Shown one piece after another: positions 56,451 to 64,000 of a stretch of 64,000 bases of DNA; position 1 is the stretch's first letter, and each line of letters starts with the position of its first letter. The position numbers and the translations under genes are program-made. The DNA comes from an uncultured Planctomycetaceae bacterium. GTDB taxonomy: Bacteria > Planctomycetota > Planctomycetia > Planctomycetales > Planctomycetaceae. The notes below the pieces were generated by a model, which did not search any database, was not told the origin of the DNA, and saw nothing but the letters and a program-made list of their open reading frames with translations. Location of the stretch: assembly GCA_963813715.1 (NCBI GenBank), contig CAWFAK010000016.1:224001-288000 (forward strand), written 5' to 3'.

Positions 56451-57008
56451 ATGATCCAGTGGTTCCGAAATGTGTGGGTGGCGGTGGTCACCGTGTTTCA
56501 GGGGCTGTTTGTCACCCTTGGAATCATGGGTAAGACGTACCGCCGCCGCACGTTCACGGAGGTCTACGAGTATCCGGAAGTGCCTGTGCCGGTGAAGCCG
56601 CGCTACCGCGGATTCCACCGGTTCGACCTGACCGCTTGTATCGGCTGCGAAAAGTGTGCGGTCGCCTGCCCGGTGGACTGCATCTATATCGAGAAACAGA
56701 AGGCCCCGGTCGGAAAAGGTTTCCGCATCGACGGCTTTACGATCGACTATACGAAGTGCATGTTTTGCGCGTTGTGCGTCGAACCGTGCCCGGTCGACTG
56801 CATCTTCATGGGGTCGAATTTCGACCTCAGCTGCTACAGCCGCGACGGGTGCATCGTCGACTACGCCAAGCTGCCTTTGCAGACCGCCTGGGGGCAGACC
56901 ACGCTGAACCCGACGGCCGTTTCCGAGTCTAAAGTTTTGTATCAGCCGGTTTGGGTGCAAGGGGAACCGAGCCCCTTCGAGTTCGCGCCGGCTGCCGGCG
57001 AACACTGA
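56451..57008 (+). CDS. nuoI: NADH-quinone oxidoreductase subunit I
   Basis: YPE..RYRG; two CxxCxxCxxxCP motifs. Confidence 0.92.
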   Translation: MIQWFRNVWVAVVTVFQGLFVTLGIMGKTYRRRTFTEVYEYPEVPVPVKPRYRGFHRFDLTACIGCEKCAVACPVDCIYIEKQKAPVGKGFRIDGFTIDYTKCMFCALCVEPCPVDCIFMGSNFDLSCYSRDGCIVDYAKLPLQTAWGQTTLNPTAVSESKVLYQPVWVQGEPSPFEFAPAAGEH

Positions 57009-57045
57009 AATCGGACGCTGAAATCGGAAATTTGAAATCGGACAC
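57006..57045 (+). repeat. Three tandem TGAAATCGGA units
   Basis: Units start at 57006, 57019 and 57033. Confidence 0.75.
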
Positions 57046-57078
57046 TAAGCTCGGCTTGGCATCCGCGAGGTCCCGTCC

Positions 57079-57546
57079 ATGAACACTGCAGCGGGCAAGA
57101 AGTATTTCACCGTTACCGAAGCCAACGCCATGTTGCCGTTGGTCCGGGCGATCGTCGATGACATTGTGCAGCTGAAGAACGAGATCGAGGAGCGGTCCGA
57201 GCGGCTGCGGAACGTGCGTCGCCTGCCGGGCCAGCGTCGCGGCGAAGACAACCCCTACGACGAAGAGGTCCAGCAGATCGAAGTGGAGATCGAGAAGGAG
57301 AACGATCGCCTCGAGGAATTCTGCGACGAGCTGCGGCGCCTGGGCGTCGAGTTGAAGGACCCGCGCGTCGGCCTGATCGACTTCCTCACGCAGATCGAAG
57401 GCCGCGAGGCCTATCTCTGCTGGAAGCTGGGCGAAGGCGACATTGCCTACTGGCACGAGATCGAAGCCGGCTTCGCGGGGCGACAATCGCTGCTCGAAGG
57501 ATCGGCCCACGGCGGCAAGCCGAACGGCGGCACGGAAAAGAAGTAG
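57079..57546 (+). CDS. DUF2203-family protein
   Basis: [29 protein letters not shown]....GFAGR. Confidence 0.88.
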   Translation: MNTAAGKKYFTVTEANAMLPLVRAIVDDIVQLKNEIEERSERLRNVRRLPGQRRGEDNPYDEEVQQIEVEIEKENDRLEEFCDELRRLGVELKDPRVGLIDFLTQIEGREAYLCWKLGEGDIAYWHEIEAGFAGRQSLLEGSAHGGKPNGGTEKK

Positions 57547-57576
57547 CGCGCAGACCACGGAAACCACGCAGGATCC

Positions 57577-58146
57577 ATGACAGACCTCGTCGGGCACTTC
57601 ATTATCTTTGGCATCGTCGCGGTCGCCCTGCTGGCCATCCCGCTGATCATTGGCTGGTTCGTCCGCCCCAATCTGCCCACGCCCGAAAAAGTTGCAGTCT
57701 ACGAGTGCGGCGAGCCGACGATCGGCTCGAGCTACATTCAGTTCGACTTGCGGTTCTACGTCGTCGCGCTGTTGTTCATCATCTTCGACGTGGAAGTGGC
57801 GTTCTTCTTTCCGTGGGCACTGATCTACGGCGGAGCCACGCAGCTGGCCGACCCGCGCTTGGCGCCCGAAGCTCGTATGGTGATCACGGAGAAGCTGCTC
57901 AACGCGCCCGCGTCGCAGGCCGTGACACCGATCACCTCCGCGACGGGCTTTCGCCTGGCGGCGCTGAGCTTCTTCGACATCCTGGTCTTTTTCGCGGTGT
58001 TGCTCGTCGGCTTCGCCTACGTGTGGAAGCGGGGCGACCTCGATTGGGTGCGTGCCGTCTCACGAAGGTCGACGTTCCCCGCCCAAGCCGGAACTCCGCG
58101 CGTCCCTGCGCCCGAACCAGTCCGCGTGCCGCAAACCGTGAGCTGA
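57577..58146 (+). CDS. nuoA: NADH-quinone oxidoreductase subunit A
   Basis: YECGE, FIIFDVE..F.FPWA, YVWKRGDLDW. Confidence 0.95.
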   Translation: MTDLVGHFIIFGIVAVALLAIPLIIGWFVRPNLPTPEKVAVYECGEPTIGSSYIQFDLRFYVVALLFIIFDVEVAFFFPWALIYGGATQLADPRLAPEARMVITEKLLNAPASQAVTPITSATGFRLAALSFFDILVFFAVLLVGFAYVWKRGDLDWVRAVSRRSTFPAQAGTPRVPAPEPVRVPQTVS

Positions 58147-58210
58147 GGCGGCGCCCTCGCGGCGGAATTTCCCACTCGGCTCGGGCGGCGCACCAACGAA
58201 CGCTGGATCC

Positions 58211-58745
58211 ATGAACGCTCAAGAAATTCACCAGTTGCTGCTCGAACGGTTCGGGGCGTCGAGAATCACCGGCGTCAACCTGACCGCCACGGACCCCTGG
58301 GTCGAGGTCGCTCCCGCCGCCATCCACGAGGTGAGCCTCTTCTGCCGCGACGACGATCGGCTACGGCTCAACCACCTCAACAACCTGTGCGGCGTCGACT
58401 ATTGCGAGCCCGATCCAAAGAAGGCGGCCAAGTACGGGCACGAGCCGCACATCGAGGTCGTGTATCACGTGTCGAGCTTGCCGCGGAAGCACAAAATCAC
58501 GCTCAAGGTGATGCTGCCCCGCTGGAAAGACGGCAAGACGGGCGAAATCCCCGAGGTCGACTCGGTGGCCGACATTTGGGGCATCGCCGACTGGCACGAA
58601 CGGGAAACCTACGACCTGATGGGCATTCGCTTCTTGGGACATCCCGAACCTGCGGCGGATCCTCTGCCCGGAAGACTGGGTGGGCTATCCGCTCCGCAAA
58701 GACTACGAGATGCCGCTGGAATACCACGAAATCCGGGGACGGTAA
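58211..58745 (+). CDS. nuoC: NADH-quinone oxidoreductase subunit C, frameshift near 58645
   Basis: [19 protein letters not shown], then [19 protein letters not shown] in a shifted frame. Confidence 0.92.
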
Positions 58746-58782
58746 GGGCGCTCGGGCTGACGAGCGTTTCGCCGGTTGCCGA

Positions 58783-58893
58783 CAAGCACGAAGCTCGAAT
58801 GACGAATGAAGCACTAAGCACGAATGATTCCCCTCGTTCGTGCTTCGGTCATTCGGAAATTCTTTCGTCATTCGGATTTCGTCATTCGACATT
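58783..58893. repeat. Heptamer repeat cluster (CGAATGA / TCATTCG) forming an imperfect inverted repeat
   Basis: CGAATGACGAATGA, AAGCACGAA on the left; TTCGTGCTT, TTCGTCATTCG x2 on the right. Confidence 0.8.
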
Positions 58894-58905
58894 TGTGAGC
58901 CGCAG

Positions 58906-60144
58906 ATGAGCATGCAATTGGAAGATCCCCGCATCGTCGAGTTCGACGTGCGGACCGACGAGATGCTGGTCAACATGGGGCCGCAGCATCCCAGCACTCA
59001 CGGCGTGCTCAGGCTCTTGTTGCGGACCGACGGCGAAGTCGTCCACGAGGTGACGCCGCACATCGGCTACCTGCACCGCTGTGCCGAAAAGATCGGCGAG
59101 AATCTCGCGCCGCCGCAATGGATCCCCTACACCGACCGGATGGATTACCTGGCCGGGATGAACATGAATCTCGGCTGGGCGCTGGCGGTCGAAAAGCTCG
59201 TGAAGATGGAGGTGCCCGAAAAGGCGATGGTCCTTCGCGTGCTCATCGCCGAGATGGGCCGCATCGCCAGTCACCTCGTGGGGATGGGGGCGTACGGGCT
59301 CGATCTCGGCAGTTTCAGCCCGTTTTTGTACGCCTTTCGCGAGCGGGAAATCGTTCTCGACTTGTTCGAGGAAGTCTGCGGGGCACGGCTTACCTACAGC
59401 TACCTGACCATGGGCGGCGCCACGCACGATTTTCCCGAATCGATCACCATTCCGCCGGGCCTGGCCGCGCTCACCGGCAAGTCGCCCAAGCTGCAGCTAT
59501 CGTGGCTCGAGGCGTGCGGCCTGTTTCTCGATTGGCTCGAACCGCGGATCAGCGAGTACCACAAGCTCCTGACCCGCAATCAGATCTTCATCAAGCGGAC
59601 GGCCGGCTTGGGGATTCTCTCGCCCGAAATGGCGATCAGTTACGGCTGCACGGGCCCCGTGCTGCGGGCCAGCGGCGTCGATTTTGACCTCCGCCGCGAC
59701 GGCGACCCGATCTACACCCGCATGTACCAGGGCTACGACTACAACGTCATCGTCGCTCCGTTCCAGGATGCGCCGCCGGAGGTCGTGCTCGGCGACAACT
59801 GGTGCCGCTTCTACGTGCGGATGCTGGAGGTGGTCCAGTCGATTCGCCTCGTGCGACAGGCGATGGCCAAGTATCCGACGGCTCAGGGCACCTACCGCGT
59901 TCCCTTCAAGATGAGCACCAAGCTGCCCAAGGACGAAGTCTATCTCGAGACCGAATGTCCCCGCGGACAGATGGGCTTCTACATCGTCGGCAACGGCGAC
60001 GCCAACCCGCTGCGGGCCCGGGCCAAGAGCTCGTGCTTCTGCAACCTGTCGATCACCGCCCCCATCTGCAAAGACTTTCTGCTCGGCGACATCCCGGCGA
60101 TCGTCGGCTCCCTCGACATCGTGATGGGCGAGATCGACCGGTAA
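58906..60144 (+). CDS. nuoD: NADH-quinone oxidoreductase subunit D
   Basis: NMGPQHPSTHGVLR, GYLHR, DRMDY, RIASH, GEIDR. Confidence 0.97.
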   Translation: MSMQLEDPRIVEFDVRTDEMLVNMGPQHPSTHGVLRLLLRTDGEVVHEVTPHIGYLHRCAEKIGENLAPPQWIPYTDRMDYLAGMNMNLGWALAVEKLVKMEVPEKAMVLRVLIAEMGRIASHLVGMGAYGLDLGSFSPFLYAFREREIVLDLFEEVCGARLTYSYLTMGGATHDFPESITIPPGLAALTGKSPKLQLSWLEACGLFLDWLEPRISEYHKLLTRNQIFIKRTAGLGILSPEMAISYGCTGPVLRASGVDFDLRRDGDPIYTRMYQGYDYNVIVAPFQDAPPEVVLGDNWCRFYVRMLEVVQSIRLVRQAMAKYPTAQGTYRVPFKMSTKLPKDEVYLETECPRGQMGFYIVGNGDANPLRARAKSSCFCNLSITAPICKDFLLGDIPAIVGSLDIVMGEIDR

Positions 60145-60171
60145 CGCGGTCGCCGGACGCGGGAATGACAG

Positions 60172-61158
60172 TTGGTGATTCCCAACCCGCCGCGAAAACT
60201 GGGCCTCGAAGCTCTTCAACTCGCCGTTCGCGAGCGGCCACGAACGCTGATGTTCGGTGCGCTTGGGATCTTGATTCCCGTCGCCCAGGCGCTCGTGCTC
60301 TGGCTCTTCTCGACCCTCGCTCACAACGCGGACGACGCCAGGATTCGGGCCGGCGGCAAGGCCGCCCAGGGGGAAGTCCTGCGTGTTGAGGAGGATGCCT
60401 TCGGCCCGACCCTGAACAACGTGCCGCCGAAAAAGGTCACCTTCCGTTACAAGGCTGACGGCGTCGAACATGAGAAGTCGGTGACCGTCAACGCCCCCGA
60501 AGTGTCCGGGTGGAAGAGTGGGAGACCCGTCGCAGTCGTCTATTTGAACGGCGAGGCGATCTTGGCTGACATACACCCCCCCGAGTTTCCAATCCCGCCG
60601 GGTTTGATGATCGCGTCGATCGTCTGTTGGTCGCTCGCTGTCGTTGCGGTTCTCGCTTACGGATTGGCCGGGGCGCGGCGGAAGTATCTCGTCCTGCGGC
60701 ACGGCGTGCTCCGCGAGGGGAAATTGCTTTCCTTTGAGACGTGGACCATGTTCACGTCGTCATTTCCGAGCGGCTGGTTCCGCGTGAGCTACACGTATGT
60801 GGACTCGACCGGGCGCGAGCGGCTCGGCGTCTCGCGCTCGCGCGATTTGACGCTGGCCAACCACAAGCAAAAGGGAGACCCGATCGAGATTCTGGTCATG
60901 CCATCGGACGAAAGACTCTCGACCCTGCTCGATAGTGCCGCCGAGCGCAGCGCTGATCCGAACGTGAAGAAGGTTCGCGCGCGATTCAATCCGGCCGGTC
61001 GCTGCCCCTATGGTCGCCGGTCGTCAAAAGCCCCGCCACCGTCAAAGTCGCTGGCCAATCGTGTGTGCGCATTGGATCTAACCGCCATGCCGTGGGGACT
61101 TGGACGGCGCTTGGAAAGATTTCCGAGTCAGGCCGGGCTTGCCGTCGATAACGGTTAG
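60172..61158 (+). CDS. Hypothetical membrane protein, DUF3592-like duplicated OB-type domains
   Basis: TM-beta-TM-beta layout; the 3' end may be over-extended. Confidence 0.6.
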   Translation: MVIPNPPRKLGLEALQLAVRERPRTLMFGALGILIPVAQALVLWLFSTLAHNADDARIRAGGKAAQGEVLRVEEDAFGPTLNNVPPKKVTFRYKADGVEHEKSVTVNAPEVSGWKSGRPVAVVYLNGEAILADIHPPEFPIPPGLMIASIVCWSLAVVAVLAYGLAGARRKYLVLRHGVLREGKLLSFETWTMFTSSFPSGWFRVSYTYVDSTGRERLGVSRSRDLTLANHKQKGDPIEILVMPSDERLSTLLDSAAERSADPNVKKVRARFNPAGRCPYGRRSSKAPPPSKSLANRVCALDLTAMPWGLGRRLERFPSQAGLAVDNG

Positions 61159-61256
61159 ACGCGGCGCGCGGATTGCGCCGGGAATGCGTCTGGCTGGAGG
61201 CAGGGAACGCCGTGGGTCTGTTCGTCTCTGGGCAGCGCTCGATCGAAGTGAGATCG

Positions 61257-62990
61257 ATGCCGCGACGATCGAGTGAACGCCGGCCGCGACGGTTGACTTG
61301 CTCGCGTCGCATAGCCGGCGTGCTCTTGGTCGCGTGGCTGGCTGCCTCTGGCTGCAGCCCCGCTCCGCACACCAATCTGGTCGACTGGGTGCATAACGGT
61401 TTCAAGGTCGGGCCGAATTATTGTCCGCCGTCGGCGCCCGTCTCGTCGGGTTGGATCGACGCGGGTGACGGCCGCGTGCACGTCGATCCGGCGCAGGACT
61501 GCGCCTGGTGGACGGTCTTCAACGACTCCACGCTCAATAGCCTGGTGGAGACGGCGTACCGGCAGAATCTCGATCTTCGGGCGGCAGGCGCCGGATCCTG
61601 CAGAGCCGCGCACAGCGGAATATCGCCGTCGGCAATCTCTTTCCGCAGACGCAGACCGCCCAGGCTAACTACGTGCATGCACAGATCAGCCAGAACCTGG
61701 GGCTGCCGATCCCCAGCCCGTTCAACGTCTGGGCCGACGGCTTCAATCTGTCGTGGGAGATCGATTTCTGGGGCCAGTATCGCCGTTCGGTCGAAGCGGC
61801 CGAGGCCGACTTGAACTGCGACGACCGAAAGTTATGGCGACACGCTGGTGATGTTGCTCTCCGAAGTGGCCACCAACTACGTCCAGCTGCGAACGTACGA
61901 GCAGCGGCTCACTTTCGCGCGGCAGAACGTGGAGATTCAAAAACGCACGCTGTCGCTGGCCGAGGCCCGCTGGCGGACGGGCCGCTCGACCGAGCTCGAT
62001 GTGCGGCAGGCCCGCACGAGCCTGTCGCAGACCGAGGCGCTCGATTCCTCCGCTCGTCGCCGGGAGGCGGCAAGCCAACAATCAGTTGTGCACCCTCTTG
62101 GGCATGCCCGTGACGGATCTGGCCGCGGGTATGGTCTCCGCGCCGATTCCGAGTGCCGCGTCCGACGTGGCCGTTGGCGCGCCGGCCGACCTCGTGCGTC
62201 GGCGTCCCGATGTCCGCCGGGCCGAGCAGCAAGTGGCCGCCCAGTCGGCGCGGATCGGCGTGGCGGAGTCCGATCTCTATCCGCAGCTGGCCATTAATGG
62301 TTTTGTCGGCTTCATCGGCAACGACTTCCGCGAGCTGTTCGAGTCAAAGAGCTACACAGGACTTTTCTTTCCATCGCTCACGTGGAAGATCCTCAACTAC
62401 GGGCGGATCACGAACAACATCAAGCAGCAGGACGCCAAGCTCGACGAGGCCGTGGATCAGTACCAGCAAAGCGTGCTCACCGCGGGGCGCGAGGTGGAGG
62501 ATGCGCTCGTCGGCTTCCTGCAGGCCCAGCAGCAGTCGGCTCAGCTCGAGAACGCCGTCCGCGACGCACAGCGCTCGGTCGAGCTGGTCACGCTGCAATT
62601 CGAGGCGGGCGTCACCGACTTCAACCGCGTCTTCCAAACGCAAACGACGCTCGTCAATCTCCAGGACCAGTTGGCGACAACGCGGGGCAACATCGCCCTC
62701 AACCTGATTCAGCTCTACAAGGCACTCGGCGGCGGCTGGCTCTGCTTCTGCGACAGCCAGGGAATGCCCGGCCCGCCGGGAGTGCAAGCCTCGTTCGGTC
62801 CGCCTGGGCTCGAGACGCCGGCGCCGGCTGCATCTGCTGCATCGACGAGTGCGCCGCCTCCGAGTCAGGCGCTTCGAGTTCGGTTGCGCCGGCGCCGAGT
62901 CAGCCGATGCAGAATGCCCCAGCCCCGAGCTTACCCGCGCCGAGTTTGCCCGAGCCGCCCAAATCGGCGCCCGCCCCATCCAATCAATGA
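61257..62990 (+). CDS. NodT/TolC-family efflux outer-membrane lipoprotein, several frameshifts
   Basis: KVGPNY, WW..FND..L, WEIDFWG, PADLVRRRPDVR, LYKALGGGW across frames. Confidence 0.9.
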
Positions 62991-63008
62991 ACGGTGGGAG
63001 TGAGCATT

Positions 63009-63089
63009 GGGTGGCACTGGCGGCTCGTCCGCCAAGTGTGCATTTGTCGGCGCACAAGCACACTGGCGGACGAGCCGCCAGTGCCACCC
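63009..63089. repeat. REP-like inverted doublet, family A, copy 3
   Basis: Same arms as copies 1 and 2. Confidence 0.9.
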
Positions 63090-63159
63090 ACGATACGAAG
63101 TCGGCTCGACGTGAAGGCTACGCGGCCGTGGTCGTGAGGGAATCGTGACGACTCACATC

Positions 63160-63302
63160 TTTCCCAAGCCGACGGCTCGCCGTCGGTCTTCCTTATTCTT
63201 CTCAACGGTATTTCTGTCTGGCCTGACGCCTCTTCGATTCTCTGCAACCGAGTCATTCTTGCAGAAATCCCGGAACCGACGGCAAGCCGTCGGCTTGGGA
63301 AA
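63160..63302. repeat. REP-like inverted doublet, family B
   Basis: TTTCCCAAGCCGACGGCTCGCCGTCGGT ... ACCGACGGCAAGCCGTCGGCTTGGGAAA. Confidence 0.8.
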
Positions 63303-63392
63303 GGGGTGGTCTCAGCTGATCCCGAAGTCGATCTCGCCGGTCTGGCATTCGGGCCAGTGCCACCCGTCACTCGCGATTTGCGCGGCGCGCGA

Positions 63393-64000
63393 CTACGTGA
63401 GCCGGTTCCGGAACAGCCACGCGGCGGTCGGTAGCGTGAGCGCGGCGATCAGGGCCAACGGCCAGAGATCGCCCACCAGCCGGTCGAGCGTCGCCCCCTC
63501 CAGATACACGCGCTGGGCCATGTCGATGGCGTAGCGCAGCGGGTTGGCCAGCGTCGCGTACTGCAGCACCTTCGGCATGCTGCTGATGGGCGTCGACAGG
63601 CCGGAGAGCAGCGTGAAGGGAAGCGTCACCACGAACGAGTAGAGCATGGCCTGCTGCATCGTGCGGGCGATTGACGAGACCAACAGCCCCATCCCGACGG
63701 CCGCCATCAAGAACACGATCAGCCCGGAATACAGCGTGATGAACGAACCCGAGAACGGGATGCGAAACCAGAGCTGGGCCACCAACAGCACGTTTGTCGC
63801 CTGCACCATGCCGATCAGAATCGACGGCAGGGCCTTGCCAACCATGATCTCCGCCGGGCGAAACGGCGTGACGAGCAGTTGATCGAAGGTCCCCTGCTCC
63901 CGCTCGCGCGCCACCGACATGGCGGTGAGCACCAGCGTTTGCAGCATGGTGAGCGTGCCGACGAGGGCGGGAATCATATTCCAGCGGGTCTCGAGATTCG
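63393..64000 (-). CDS. ABC-2 type permease (YbhR-like), truncated by the window end
   Basis: AREREQGTFDQLLVTP, LLSG..TPI..MP, NPLRY. Confidence 0.92.
   Translation of the reverse strand, partial: NLETRWNMIPALVGTLTMLQTLVLTAMSVAREREQGTFDQLLVTPFRPAEIMVGKALPSILIGMVQATNVLLVAQLWFRIPFSGSFITLYSGLIVFLMAAVGMGLLVSSIARTMQQAMLYSFVVTLPFTLLSGLSTPISSMPKVLQYATLANPLRYAIDMAQRVYLEGATLDRLVGDLWPLALIAALTLPTAAWLFRNRLT

Noticed and set aside
57006..58893. CRISPR array from the short repeats
   Set aside because: Units are 7-14 nt with no unique spacers, and no cas genes are present

Overview
GC-rich bacterial chromosomal segment whose gene content (DUF1080 proteins, PQQ-like propeller, BlaI/M56 pair, small conserved lipoproteins) points to a planctomycete. 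It is mostly housekeeping and metabolic: map, two TrmH methyltransferases, an AAA ATPase, an ABC1 kinase, a Flp pilin missed by the ORF track, folK, HU/IHF, pyrD, aroF, rpsD, tatD, PiT and ZIP transporters, a CzcA-type pump, metX/metW, trpD, a partial nuo cluster and an efflux outer-membrane factor. About a dozen genes carry small frameshifts, most likely assembly errors. The most notable observations are: (1) a complete ribosome-mediated attenuator upstream of aroF, with a 22-aa leader containing F-H-F-Y-W-F, a promoter, an antiterminator and a terminator; (2) an AT-richer, carrier-less Ntox24-like toxin plus putative immunity gene inserted inside an Ltp3/Ltp4-like thiolase-fold/DUF35 operon; (3) twin palindromic operators over the blaI promoter; (4) several REP-like and heptamer repeat families; (5) probable leaderless transcripts. 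I saw no rRNA, tRNA, CRISPR array or transposase. All family assignments are from motif recognition by eye, not database searches.
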